Part shown: positions 33,278 to 47,191 of the stretch, one piece after another
How the letters are laid out: every line of letters begins with the position of its first letter
Numbering within the stretch: position 1 is the stretch's first letter
Source of the DNA: Heteronotia binoei
Lineage: Eukaryota
Reading direction: 5' to 3'
Assembly: GCF_032191835.1 (NCBI RefSeq)
Contig: NC_083228.1
Coordinates: forward strand, 71,548,001-71,612,000
DNA: 64,000 nucleotides
Program-made: the position numbers and the translations under genes
The notes under the pieces: model-generated
Database searches by the model: none
Told to the model about the DNA's origin: nothing
Seen by the model: only the letters and a program-made list of their open reading frames with translations

Positions 33278-34544
33278 ATGAGTTGTATCGACACGCAACC
33301 TGATATTAAAGTGACGTGTTACATGTATAAGGTTAGCCGTGCTCAGTTTTAAAGCCATCATTTTATCCATTGGGTATGTCTCCTCTCCAAACTATGGCTG
33401 CTTAGAACCATTGCATCTCCACAATTCTCTAAAAAATGTCTGTGTTGCAAAACACGCTTTCCCCCAAAACAATATGAAGCCTGCAACACTTCCTTTCCCC
33501 CTTAGGAAACAGCCGGCATTCCTTGGGAGGGGGGCGAATCCCTAGCCGCCCCCTTGGGGACTGTTGCATCACTCCCCCATGAGGAAACATACCACGTTCG
33601 TGTTTGTGTGTGCGCGCGCATGTGTGGGCGGGGCAGCTGTCACTTTGGAATGCGGCTTGATGATGATAGGTGCTCCCCATCTACTACTCTAGTGGGTCCA
33701 ATTCTAGGGGCACCCAAAGAGGGTGCCCCCACTCCACCATTGTTTTCTATGGTGGGAAAAACTAACTTCTTCTATGGCACTGCCCACTTCAGGCAGAGGG
33801 GTCTCGACTCTTTTTTTGTGGGATTTCTCTCCAGCTCCACTTCTGTCATGTCCCCCTGGCATTGCACTCACTGCTCCTGAGGAACCCCTTCAGGTAGCCA
33901 CCCTTTGCTACTGGATCTGCTGGCATTGCTGGTTTCTGAGTGGACCCTTGGGGTTTCAGGGTGCTGGGTTTTAACTGGAGTTTCTAGAAAGCTTGAGGGT
34001 ACTCTACCAAGCTGAGTAAGTCCACCCTGAGCATACCCTCCAGCTCCCTGAAAGGGGGGCTTTGTTTCCCCCCTGCCCACCTACCCTGATACGTTCTACA
34101 CTTTAGATCCCTGGGTTTTTTGGGGGTGGACCCATGGCACTGGAGTGCCCTTATACTTTCTGGAGGCCTCTCCCAAACTGAGAAAGTCCCCCCCCCAATT
34201 TGCCCCCCAGGGGCCAAAGGAGGACTGTGAATCTATCATATCTCTTTTCATCACTTCCCCCCTTCTCTCCCCTCTGGATTTTTGGGTTCTTGAAGTGGGC
34301 TGATTGGCTCCCCCAATCCCTCTGACCTTCTGCTGTGGGTTCCAACTGAGCCTATGATGGCAATCCCTCGCCTGCCCCTGCTAGAGCCATTTTTGTCTTT
34401 TTCCTACCTTATGCATCTCTGGCACCCCCTGTGACTGTGGCACTCCTCTTTGGGTGCCTGCTGCTCCAGAAGGGTCCCCTATCCAGTCCCCTTGGCTGTG
34501 GCCTTGAAGGGGCCCCCTTCCTGAGATATTGCAGGGGTTGAGGG

Positions 34545-34738
34545 CAGTGTTCCCTCTAAGCTGAGTTAGTGTGAGCTAACTCACAGAGTTTTGGTCTCCA
34601 GCTCACACATTTTTGTCTTAGCTCAGGAAAAATGGCCCCAGAGCAAACTAATTTACACAGTAGCTCACAACTTTAATGCCAGTAGATTACAAAGTAGAAT
34701 TTTTGCTCACAAGACTCCATGGCTTAGAGAGAACATTG
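34545..34738. mobile_element. MITE with TIR CAGTGTTCCCTCTAAGC (hAT-like)
   Basis: Ends cagtgttccctctaagc / gcttagagagaacattg with a degenerate 8-bp TSD (6/8). A partial copy lies at about 29930-29990. Confidence 0.7.
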
Positions 34739-37330
34739 GGTGGGGGAAGCCCCTCTGTACTAGAGTGCTGTTGTTGGGACTGCTGGTACATAGAATAATG
34801 AAGGTGCCCCTATCCTTCATTATTCCAAATGGAGGGAAGGCATTTAAAAGGTGTACAGTCCCTTTAAATGTGATGGCCAGAACTTCCTTTGTTCAATTGT
34901 GCTTGTCATAACTTTGTTCCTGGCTCCACCTCCAAAGTCTCCTGGCTCCACCCCCAAAGTCCCCAGATATTTCTTGAATTGGATTTGGCAACCCTATGCA
35001 GGACCCTGATCTCTGCTGAAAGAGTGTTCCACTAGGTTGGGGCCAGGACTGAAAAGGCCCTGGCTCTGGCTGAGGACAGCCAGATGCTCTTTGGGCCAGG
35101 GAACACCAGCTGATTTTTGGTCACTGAAGAGTAATCCTCTTTGGGGGATATACCAGGAAAGGTGGTCCCAAAGTTATGCTTGTTTTTAAAGGTCAGCACC
35201 AAAAATTTGTTGCCAGATACAGTTAAGATTAAATTACTAAAGAGTAGCATTTTTTTAAAGAGAGTGATGGTGTAGTTTCTTTTGTATATTTGATTTTCTT
35301 CTGTCTTATCTATTGTTAGAAGGATTCAGCAACTTGCTAGAGCTACAACTTCCTTTTGAATCATCTTGCTTCAGTAGAGTAGATAGCTCCAGACAAATCA
35401 ATGCCAGCAATAAGTTTAGTAAAAGGGATTCTTATTGTTTTACTTTAATCTGGCAACGATATCTGTGTGTTTCCACATTTGTAGGTTCATCATGATAATT
35501 CAAAGACACATTTCTTTGTTTCCTTTAAAATAATCCTTTAACATGAAGTGGACCTACAAGTACTCACAGGAAGCGGAAAGCTCATTCCCCCCTCCTCACC
35601 ACAGCCTTTGGCTTCTCTTCCTCATCATCACCTGCAGCTTGCCCTCCTCTAGTATGCCTCCCCCACCCACTTACCCATGTGGACTTTCTTCCTCTTCCTA
35701 CCCCACTCCCCATACCTCTTTCCTATCCCTCCTACCTTTTAATCACCTCTTTGTCATAGCATGGTAAGCAGGGAGAAGTAAAGAGAGGTCACAACTAGCT
35801 TAAGCTTCCCCTCCTCATCTGCTCCTGTTGGCAGCCATCACATTTTTGCATACAATTTTAGGTTGCTACAACAAGAGGACTTGCTTTGAGAAGAAGCAAT
35901 GATGCCAGTTCATAGACATTGGGAGCTTGTAACCCCCCAATTAGTGGCTGGATCCCCATAAGATTTCTACAGATGACAAGGGGTGATTTTTTTTAAAAAA
36001 AAAAACCTCCCCCATACTATGGCAAATCTCAGATAAATACAAATAAAAAAATTATCTATCTATTCTTCTTTAATGCTGCGGGGGGGGGTTGTTCTCAGGA
36101 GCAGCATTTCTGGCCATTTGAGGGTGCAGTGGGAGAAAGCAGGTAAAAAGGATTTCTCAATGCAGGATTTCCATCAGTGGATATTTTTTGCAAGAACCAA
36201 GCCTATGGGTTTTTAAACAAAACAAAAAATCTACAAACATGAGGATACTTCCTGCCTTGTAGAACCCACTGTCATAAGCGTTATGCAGATTTCCACAAGG
36301 AGCAGCCTTTCCTATTAGATATAGGATTAAGATTATGAAGGTATCTCTTACATTGTTCTTCAAATGAATACAGCAGTGCCCTATGCTGCTTCACTTTCTA
36401 TGTACAGGCAGGAAAACAAATTCAAATATCTTGTTTCAGGAGCTTTTAATTTTACTCACCATCCTGCATTTTTTTAAAAGACAGACAGAAAACAATGGAA
36501 GCACTTAAGCGTAAATTGCAGTTTAGGGAATGAGGAAGCATATCTTCATTAGAGTGATTTCATTTTAATATTTTTCATGGCAAAGAAATAATCATTAAAT
36601 GGAAGTTAAGGGGGGGAACACAAAACCATTTCGGGATTTTATTATTTATTTAATTAATTCCCCAAATTTAACACCCCCAAACCAGCTCAGAGCAGGTGAC
36701 AACATCTTACAAATACACAATTAGAAGCCTTCTAAATATAATGTATAATTTCTCAAAATCCATAAAAACAGCAACATCAATAAATCAATTTCTGTAAAAA
36801 CTAAAATGGGGTAAAAATTCATATGGGTGTAGTATGCAGATGGACTAAGAAAGGAAGAAGAGGGGAAGCAGGGGAGAAGGAAAGGACTTTGGAAATCAGA
36901 GTGATGTCAAGGAAACTGTCAGCATCAAGGTTGATTCCCCATACCTTGAAGAGAAACATATATGGGACAATAAAAATTATGTCTGATATCTTGATTTGTT
37001 TCATCATAGAAGTTCTAATGTTGGCCATGCTTATTTGTGGGCAGCTAAAATCAATCACTTCAGTCTAGCAACGGAGATCACATGTACCTTTCATGTGTAC
37101 AGACAGAGAATTCCATCCATAGCACAACCCTCATCCAGACCTTCAAGAGGAATGTGCTAGCTACCACCAGCAGTTGTCCGTGATATTTGACCATGACTGG
37201 CACTGGACTAGATCCTGCAACTGGAATGCATTTACAGTACAATCCATAACAGAGTCAAAGTCAACTGGCTTACAAAAGTGCCAGGATCCCCAGGTTACAT
37301 GCCACTAAATTAGGTACTGGTGAAGTACAA

Positions 37331-37601
37331 AGAAGAAGAAGACTGCAGATTTATACCTTGCCCTTCTCTCTGAATCAGATACTCAGAGCAGCTTTCAATC
37401 TCCTATATCTTCTCCCCCCACAACAAACACCCTATGAGGTGGGTGGGGCTGAGAGGGCTCTCACAGCAGCTGCCCTTTCAAGGACAACTCCTGCAATAGC
37501 TATGGCTAACCCAAGGCCATTCCAGCAGCTGTAAGTGGAGGAGTGGGGAATCAAACCTGGTTCTCCCAGATAAGAGTCAGCACACTTAACCACTACACCA
37601 A
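37331..37601 (-). mobile_element. Squam3-type SINE
   Basis: A and B boxes and body similar to 1383-1665. Confidence 0.85.
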
Positions 37602-37689
37602 AGGCGCGTGAATACAGCTACTATTAATGATGCAACTGGAGTAAAGTGAAAAAGACATTCAGTGACTGATGTGAATGGATGCAAAAGGA

Positions 37690-40680
37690 AAGTTCAAAGA
37701 TACTTGAAAATAGGAACATGGAATGTGAGAAGTATGAATCAAGGTAAACTTAAAATAGTAAAACATGAAGCGCAACATTTATACTGGGAGTAAGTGAACT
37801 GAAGTAAACTGTATTAGAATATTTTCAGTCAGAAAGCTACAAAGCTGTTTATTCTGAAAATGATTAACAAAGAACAAACACGGTTTCATTAATAACAAGG
37901 CAAGATATAGCAGCAGCAACCAGGGGTTATAATGCAAATTTTGACTGAATAATATCTATCAGACTTCATGGAAAATCTATCAACATAATCATCATTCAAG
38001 TGTATGCTCCAACTACAGATGCAAAAGAAAGAGAAGCTGAAAGTGTTCAGCAAGAAATTGTTCATACACATAAACAAGATGTGCTGATAATCATAGGTGA
38101 ATGGTACACAAAAGTAGGATACAAAGACGAATCAATTATTGTTAGAAAATTTTGGCTAGGAATATGAAATGAAGAAGAAGAAGATATTGGATTTATATCC
38201 CGCCCTCCACTCCGAAGAGTCTCAGAGCGGCTCACAATCTCCTTTACCTTCCTCCCCCACAACAAACACCCTGTGAGGTGGGTGGGGCTGGAGAGGGCTC
38301 TCCCAGCAGCTGCCCTTTCAAGGACAACTTCTGCCAGAGCTATGGCTGACCCAAGGCCATTCCAGCAGGTGCAAGTGGAGGAGTGGGGAATCAAACCCGG
38401 TTCTCCCAGATAAGAGTCCACACACTTAACCAGTACACCGAACTGAAACAGGAGAATGACTCAGAATACTGCTAGTACAATCACTTGTTCATTATGAACT
38501 CAAATATCATTAATATCATTAATGCAATACACTGCCTGGCCCAAAATGACACAGAATGATTGCCAGCCAGAGACATGCCTGAACTTATAGTTTAGAAGTA
38601 TGAGTAAGAGCAGCTGGCCAGCTAATGACCTTCTCATCACCCTAGAGAAATGCATAATATAGGACAAAGGGTTTCCCAGGAACATCTTGCCTCACCTTGA
38701 ACTAATCTTGACAACATCTAGCTTCACTTCCCCTCACCCATTTACCCTAATAAAACAACACTTAATACTAACTTTACCAAACCTGATAGCTTTTCTCATT
38801 TGGTACTTATAGGGTCATCAAGCACCATTCACACCTATAATTCACCTCAGGTAAACCCATCAATCTTCTCCCAAATCCTTGTTTACCTCTGAAAAAACCA
38901 TCAAGTTATTGTCAGCTTGCTCCAGGGAGTATTTTGCCCTATATCTGGAGTCTGTGTGTTCTTGGACATAAACCTTCAAATCTGTTTGGACCTTCTCTTC
39001 TCCCCATTAAATGCTGGCCATTTTGCTGCTGTCTCCATGGACCTTTATCTCTGAGACTAGTAACTATAGCCTTCCTCAAAACTGCTTTCTCCCCTCTCCC
39101 TGATTTCTTCTTAGTTAGCCTTGTATGTGTTTTCTGTGTGCCTGTATGTCTGCTATATTCTTTTTCTGTTTGTAATAAAATCTTTTTCTCCAGTAAACAT
39201 CCTCCTGATTTATTTGAGAGTTCTCTCAAAGGGAAAGTCCTCATAAACACTGGTGAAGAATTCCTTTTACCCCCTCTCATTTTGTCACCTGTTTAAGCTA
39301 ATTTTCCCCAACGAATTAGGAGACTACCTATTTGGGTAACAACTCTATTAACTCTGCTAAACCAAGACCAGGAGTAGATTGTGGTACAGATCATGAATGG
39401 TTAATATTGAAAATCAGAATAAAGCTGAAGAAAAACACCAAAATATTCAGAGTGCCAAAATATAATCTAAACAACATAAAGACCATGTAAAGAACAGATT
39501 TGCATTACTGAGTTTTAAGTGAACGTGAACCAAAAGAACTGTGGGTTGAAACCAGAAATATTATCAACAAAGAATGCACAAAAACTTTTCCTGTAGCCAA
39601 AAGAAATGAAAAGTCTTGATGGATGACTAATGAAACCCTTAAAATTGCTAAAGGCAAATGACAAGGGAAAATAAATTGTGTCAGAAATGGAATCATAAGC
39701 CTAAATACAGCATTCCAATGACATACACATAGAAAGAGAACTATTACAATAACCAGTGAAAGGAAATATAAGAACAAAAAAGGAAAGGAAAGAGCTCTGT
39801 TCCACAAAATCCAAGAAATTAAAGGGAAATTTAAAGCACATTTAGGCTAGTTTAAAAATCAACATGGAAACACATTAACTGAATGGGACAGAATAAATAT
39901 AATATAGAAAAAACAGACTAAGGAACTATACAGAAGAGAAGGAAGGAGTGCGTATTTCTTCCAAGAAGAATTTTTGAAGAAGAACCTGCAGTTTTAGAAG
40001 TGAAAGCTGCTCAAAGCAACAGGGAGAAAAAAGTAATCAGGAATAGATGGAATATGAATATAGCTATTTGACACCACAAACATGGAATCCATCAAAAGCT
40101 TAATAAGAATTTGGCAACAAATATGAAAAACAAAACAATGGCTCACAGACTGGGAACACTCAATCTACATTCCAATTCCAACAAGGAGATGTCAGAGACT
40201 GCAGCAACTATCAGACCATTAATTTATCACACAAGTAAAGTGATGCTCAGAAGTTTACAACAAAGACTGTTACCATATATGAAACAAAAATGCCAGGTGT
40301 TCAAGCTAGATTCAGAAAAGACTACTGTGAAAATTTATATGTTGATTAATGGAGCATATGAGAGAATTGGTTTGTGTTTCATAGATTACAGCAAAGCTTT
40401 TGACTATGTGGATCATGAAAAGCCATGGTTGGTTTTAAAAGAAATGGATGTGCCATACCATCTGGTTGTTTTGATGTACAACCTGTACTCCTGACAAAAA
40501 GCTACTATTGGGACAGAAGAAACAGAATGGTTTTCATTTGGCAAAGGTATCAGATGAGGATGTACTTTATTGCCCTATCTGGTCAATTTATATCCAGAAC
40601 ATATCATAAGGAAAACTGGATTAGATTTAGATGGCTGTGAAGTGAAAATTGGTGGAAGGAATATTTATAATTTGATAAGC
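37690..40680 (+). mobile_element. Degenerate near-full-length RTE/BovB-like LINE, interrupted by a SINE and an ~840-bp unknown insert
   Basis: Endonuclease start KIGTWNVRSMNQGKL, IIIQVYAPTTDA, GVDCGTDHE and RT CFIDYSKAFDYVDHEK. Many stops. Confidence 0.85.
38171..38445 (-). mobile_element. Squam3-type SINE (young)
   Basis: Nearly identical to 1383-1665. Short TGAA duplication at the junctions. Confidence 0.9.
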
Positions 40681-40918
40681 AAAGTAACAATGGTGATATT
40701 AAGGTGGCTAATGCCATTATAAGAAGCTAACATATACTATATTATAGTGTGTGGCTTGAACAAAAAGATACCAGCAAAGCCAATTATTGCCAACGTAACT
40801 GTTTAGCAAGAGAAAGAGGATGTGGTAACTGGATCAAAAAGCCCCAGATCAAACAGTTGTCTGGCAACAAGTATAATGTTGCCTATAAAAAAGATACTTG
40901 GGGGGGCTGGAAAGTACC

Positions 40919-40960
40919 GCTTGAGTATATTTGAGGACTGCTTGAGTATATTTGAGGACT
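40919..40960. repeat. Perfect 21-bp tandem duplication
   Basis: gcttgagtatatttgaggact x2. Confidence 0.95.
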
Positions 40961-43039
40961 GAGCTACAGGGTAAAAAGAAGAAACAGTATGTTTGTCTGC
41001 TTGGCAAAGATATCCCTTAAACAGGCATAAAGGAAACAAAGACCTATGTCATAACAGGCATCTGTGGCTAACATTTGTTTACTTCAATTTTTAAAAGTCT
41101 CCTGTTAAGCTATAATCAAGGAAGAGGGGAACTCAGTGTAAGACAGGGATTTCACTTGCCCACTATATGGTACTCCCCTGTAGGGTACTATATGGTACTT
41201 CCACAATCTCCACACGTGCTCAATGGGGGGTGGGGGATTGGCAAGGGAAATAGTGCCCCCAAAATGCTCTAGGAATGCAACTGGAGAAGTCTGCTTACCC
41301 CTAAACAAACTTATGTGGAAACAAGTTGGAAGCAAAATTCTTTACTGCTTCCTGTTGTCAGTCAATTGCTACCTTTTTTTGACCAAGTTTTGGACATTTT
41401 GCTGCACTCCTATCCCTTCATTTGCAGATTTGCCCACCAATAAGCATTGTGATCAAGGTCTAAAAATTAACTGGATCTAGTCACATAATCATTTAAATGC
41501 AGAATTTTCAGTGTGCTCAACTTTCCATGGATTCCACCAAATGTCAGCATTGAAATCATTTGAAATAAATGTTGCATTTTGTGGTCTAAAAGGACTCTTT
41601 ACACTGAAGCCAAATCTTAACTTTAAAAATGTGCCCTTGTCAACTTAAATCTGTAACTCCCTATGCAACCTTGGGGCAAAGATAAAGAGAAAGCTATTAG
41701 TCTATAAATAATCTACTGGGAAAGAAACTGTCTTCCACTCTTAGTTAAATTGTCTTGTTGGAGCCTGTTACCTTCCCCAGCTTTCCCTGTCTCAACTTAC
41801 CAAGGCTGTAAGTAAAGATACGGGCAACCCTGCCATCTATAATCATTGTCCTTTCCAGATCACATCTCGGTGGTTGAAATTATCAGTTTATTGTCAGGCA
41901 TCAAGATTAAAGAGATCTGACATTTGATTTGTTTGGCTTGGAAAGAATCCTCTGATGTGAAAGTATCACCAATTTAAGCTGTAAATTCAGTTTGGCAAAG
42001 AAGAAAATGAACCAGTGTTGGCCTCCACAATCTGTTTCATAGCCATCACAGTTCCTTGGAATGATTTGATTTGACATCAATTAGTCAGCATTCACAAGGA
42101 GAAGGTCCCTTTTTACAGCAGGCCCCATACCCATCAATGTCATTTTCTTCCTAAAATATGACAAAGTACACAAGGGCTTTCTGTCTGTGTTCCAGTTCAT
42201 CACTGTAGGCATTAAACTTAAGCTGAAGATTGGGCTCACTGAAAATATTTGAAGATAAAGAATGGAGCAGGGGGTTATGGGAGGTTATGGCTGGTTTGAA
42301 ATACATTTCATATGAAATTATACACTTCATAAAACGTCTGCTCAAGATACCAACTCATGCGGATATACAGAATCATGGCATGAATTTCATTCCTTCTCCA
42401 TCAATGTGTGGTGAATTCATTGCCTCCTATATTTAAGAGGGGGTCATATGAGTCCATCCTGTGAATTGATCAAATTGCTGCTTCACTGTGTATGTGCATT
42501 CATCCCCACTGTAGCTGATTATAGTGAAGACACAAGCTAAATATAATGCAAATTGTCATTAGTTATGGTTTTAAGAAACTCATTATTTATTTCTTCACTG
42601 AGAAATTCATTATGACCATGTTTGAGAAGTTTTGATACAAAGGGTCTTGAATCAATATGGAATGCTGAACAAGATATCCTTAAAGTTTTCTTATCCCTAC
42701 AAGGCAGTGCTTTTACCCTGCTGGTTCTTTTCAGCAGCAATCAAAGTAAATTTAGATAAATGATGTTTCATTAAAAGGATGTTTTCAAGAGTAGAGTGGT
42801 GCTGGGTGAAGCCATCTGATCCATTTCTGAATTGAAGTCAACAATCATGAAAGATATCCAATGAAAAGTAAAAAGACAGAATGAGATTCCAGTAGCATCC
42901 ATTCAATGAAAGAACAAATAAACCATGTAGATTGCTGATAGGAACTACAGCAGCAGCTTTGCTAGCACAGGTGTGCAGAATATCTCTAGGAAAATTAGCC
43001 TGGATTCAACTTCAGTAGCAACCCTTGTCTTCTAGTCTC

Positions 43040-43600
43040 TTCTAGGGATGGGCATGAACCAGGTAATGAGCCAAAATCCAAACTGAACTTTGCCTCGTTT
43101 GAGGCTTGTGAGCCGAGGTTTGTTTTCCACATGTTCACCAAACAAATCTCTAAGCTTCTGGGCATGGTTGTAGAGTGGAATGACAGCCCCCGGGGGTAGC
43201 AGAAGTGCTCTGGGACTGGAATGACATCCCCCAGAGTGGAATGACAGTACCTAGCAATAGAATCTGTGCTCTGGAACTGTCCATTTATTACATTCCCAGT
43301 GAAGGGAGGGTGGACCCAGGGAGGCACAGCCAACTGCAAATCTGTGTGTGGCTCCGAGGCCCTGGGCAGGGTGAGAGGGTTGACCCTGCCCTGCATTTGT
43401 CTTGCCAGCAGTGGGAAGGTGGGCCCAGGGAGACACAGGCCATCCATCAAAACCCTGCAGGTGGCTTCTGGGCACCAGGCAGGGTGGGAAGTTGGCCTTT
43501 CCCAGTTATCACATTCACAGAGGAGGAAGGGTGGGCCTGGGGAGGCACAGCCACCTGCAACTCTGTGGGTGGATCTCAAGCCCAGGTGGGGTGGGTGGAT
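43040..43600. repeat. Unclassified GC-rich repeat with a TAGGGATGGGCA-type end and ~110-bp internal subrepeats
   Basis: ggtgg(g)cccagggaggcacagcc-like motif at about 43308, 43417 and 43529. gagtggaatgaca-like motif repeated three times near 43170-43250. Confidence 0.45.
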
Positions 43601-45216
43601 TTGTCCTGCCCAATATAACAAGGTGACTGTTTTATTAGTCACTCTAAAACCATCACCCTTATGTTGCATTAGTTTTCCAATATTCCCCTTCAGAAATGGC
43701 ACTCTAGGCACACTTAAACATTTAAACAGAGTTTAGATTTATTTGAACAAACTGGCAGGGAAGGGAATTAGTATTTACATAGTGTTTGGAATTTGGAAGT
43801 GGTAGACAGGAAGTTAAATACAATTACAGGACTGCATCATATGGTGCTGAATACACTTATGACGTTTTGAGACTGCTGGCTGGGGCTGATGAGAATTGTA
43901 GCCAAAAAACATCTGGAGAGCTACTGTTGGCCACCCCTGTACTAGACCCTTTTCTCTGGCAAAATCATTATTACCTTCTCTTTAAGATCAATTAACCTGG
44001 GCTTAGGTTTAGGACCTTTCAATGCCACTTCAAACCATTTGACAAATTTTTACTTTCCAGATTTACAGTCTCTTCACATTGGACATTAAGCTTAGAAATG
44101 GAGAACTAATGCCCCTCTCAAGTTGTGTTTCTTTTTTCTACACACAGAGAGACTGTTTCAACTATTGGGACAGTTTCCTCCAGAATCTATCCTTTTTCCA
44201 AAGCCACACCGCACTGCTTTTTAAACTCTTCTCACACTAGAGTCCCCCAAGTCACTGCTCTCTTCTCCAATCAATTCTCCAACTGCCCGTCATATTCTCC
44301 TCTACAATTAGTTGCAATTCTCCAATCAGAGTAGGTTCCATGAGCTGTCAATCAATTTTGATAACTCACTCTCTCCCAAGCAGCACTGCCTCTAAGCATA
44401 CATCTGTCTGCTATCTGTCACACCAGTGATCACATTTTTAGTTGGACAGAGGGTAGTCACTCCTGAACCTTTGCCTGACATCTCTTCAGAAAAACTTTCT
44501 AAGGGCACCTTGTTTGAGGGTCCGTAACTCAGACCCCTCCAAGCCCAACCTGCACATAACTTGAGCGGCATGCAGAAGGGCACTCCAGGGAGGTATGCTG
44601 GGAGTTGGATGCCTTTAGCTCACCCAGGGTCCATTCTAGACACTCCTGAACCCACACCTGACATCTCCCCAAAAAGCACTTTTCTGGGACACCTGGTTTG
44701 GTGTTCTGTAACTTGGACTTCCATGATTTGATTTGACATGAACTGAACCAGTTCAGTCTCTGATGGATTGGTTTAATTCACAGTTCATGGGCCTAGGAAA
44801 CCAGAGGACCTTTAAATGTGGTTTTCAGAAAGCTATGAAAACAGTTGAGCAATGGGAGTGCTTTCAGCCACTCAACTGATTTGGGCTTTCTTTAAAGTTT
44901 AAAGGGATTGCAAAAGAAAGCTGGAAAAAAAGAGAACAGTCTGTCTGGGATTGGGACTGTGTGCCGCCTCAACACAGGAAGCCCGCTGCCTGTTGCCTGG
45001 CAATCCAGGAGAGGTCAGGGCTCACCCACCCGCCCTGTCACCTGAGGATGCACCTGACCCCCAGATAAGTCATAATTAAACATAACACCGAGATATTTAA
45101 ACTGTCTAACTTCTTCAACAGTTTCTGCATAAATTTGCCAGGGTTGTCCCTTCAAATGCCTTGGCTTTGGAGAATCTCAGAATCTTTTTGGCAAAACCAC
45201 CCCCCCAAAACTGTTA

Positions 45217-45365
45217 AGAAAATAAGAGAATGGATTTATACTCTTCATTTATGCCCTTCATTCAGAGTTTCAGAGCAGTTTACAATCTCCTTTCCCTTCC
45301 CCTCCCCACAACAGACACCTTGTGCAGTAGGTGGGGCTGAGAGAGCTCTTTTGAAAACTGCTCTA
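45217..45365 (-). mobile_element. Squam3-type SINE 3' fragment
   Basis: acaatctcctttcccttcccctccccacaacagacacc...gtggggctgagag matches the SINE body. Confidence 0.75.
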
Positions 45366-46179
45366 GATTGCAAAAGACACAGAAATCATCCATGAGTTTA
45401 TTCAAGCCAATCAAGTTTCAGCTAAGGAGATATAAATTATCAGTATATAGAAGCACTGGAAGAGGTTAATTTGCTAAATATAACCCATTATTTTGCAGAT
45501 TTAGGAAGAAGTTATTTACGGTATATATAAATTGAATAAGTGTGCAGTAAGGACACATTCTTGTCAAACACCTTTTTCAGTTCTTATTGATCTCAGAGAT
45601 TACTTCATATTGAAAATTTTAAAACTGTAGAACATTCCCAGCATATAAATTATTAATCAGGCCCAATAGTCACTTAAGAATAGAGGTGAAGTTCAGCTTT
45701 TCCCATAGACAAGTATGGGATACCGGATCAAAAGCTGCATGAAGGTCAACAAAGGCACCAAATATAGATTCTTCATTGGTTTTAATATATTTATTGATGG
45801 GGCATTTTTTAAATTCTGGCTGGATTACCCAGCATTCTGGCTATCCCCCTCCATCTGTGGGTACTCTCCTGGCTGGTGCACCAGGAGAAGGAGTAGAGGA
45901 ACACTGAGGAATCAGCAGCTGTACATGGTGGCCAGCCAGCCATCATCATCATCAGCTGTTTAGCCCCACCCCAGTAACCCAACACATGGGTGCCATCACA
46001 ACTGGGAGCCTGTGAGTTGGGGCGTTGGGGCAGTGGGTGGGGATGGGTGGACAGAGAGCACCTAGGCTGTGCCAAGCCTGCCCTGACTTGAGGGAGCCTG
46101 GTGCCTCTCCAGGAGGGTGGTGGGAGACCCATTCTCCTTGCAGCAGTGGACAGGAGTGGTTGGAGAGTGGCCCCCCTCC

Positions 46180-46560
46180 AACTTCCATTCCTTCTTTCAT
46201 TCTTCCTTTCTGTCCATCTTTCTCTCTCACTCTCTGTCTGTTTGCTTTATTTCTAACTCCCTTCCCCTCTTTCTTTCTTTCATTCTTGCTTTGTCTGTCT
46301 TTCTCTCTCCCTGTCTATTTGCTTTATTTCCAACTCCCCCCTCTGTCTCTCATTCTTTCTCCCTGTCTTCCCACTTCCCCCTCTCTTTATTTAATTGTTC
46401 ATTTCAGTCCATTTGCTTTATTTCTAACTCACTCCCTCCCTCCCCCCTCTCTCTTTTTGTTTACAACTCCCTCCCACTCCCTCCCTTTCATTCTTTTTTC
46501 TTTCATTCTTTCTTTGTCTTCCTTTGTCCCTGTCTATTTGCTTTATTTTCCTTCCTTTGG
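46180..46560. repeat. Pyrimidine-rich low-complexity tract with degenerate subrepeats
   Basis: Almost all C/T, with recurring ctgtctatttgctttattt. Confidence 0.85.
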
Positions 46561-46861
46561 AGCCTGAGTGGTGGGTGTTGTTTTCTGAAGAACTGCTGTT
46601 GGGGAATGTGGGTGCCTTTAGAGGTTTGGTTGGAGCAGCTGCAGCTTCTGCATGAATGGAGGGAGGGAGTGGTGGCAGATGGGGAGGGCGGGAGCCGGCT
46701 ACCACCAGTTTCACTTATACTTGATTATCCCAACTGCTGTGGCCTAATATTCTAATGAGTGTATGGCCTAATATGCTGATAAGGTAATATGCTAATATTA
46801 GGGGGTGTGGTATAATATGCTAATAAGTTCCTGCTGGGCCTTTTCCACCAAAAAAGCCCTG

Positions 46862-47191
46862 TTTATTGATGAGAGTTATTAGCATCAAACAGCATTGTAC
46901 GTATTTACAGCATTTCCAAAAGCCAGACTGCTCTCTGAATAATGTTGTATTCTTCCATCCAATCTTTATTTTTTTTTTCATTAAAAGGGCAGCATATATT
47001 TTGTTCAATACAGAAAGTAGGCTAACTGGCCTGCAATTAGAAGGATCCGTTCTTTTCCTCTTCTTATAACTATGGGTAATTAATGGCAATTTCCAGCTTT
47101 CAGGATTTACTCCAGTTTGGTTGTGAATTCTTCCCACCATACTGGGTCTAGCTGAAAGAAAACCATACACAGGAGCCTTTCCAGTTTTCAT
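46862..47191 (-). mobile_element. Old non-LTR RT fragment (clade uncertain)
   Basis: GKAP...PESWK...YKKRKRTDPSNCRPVSLLSVLNKIY...EQSGFWK. Confidence 0.75.

Noticed and set aside
42995-43736. Overlapping long ORFs (238 aa minus, 137 and 156 aa plus)
   Set aside because: GC-rich repeat sequence with few stops, and no domain motifs.
46025-46755. Hydrophobic 180-212 aa ORFs resembling membrane proteins
   Set aside because: Artefact of the C/T low-complexity tract (F/L/S/P codons).
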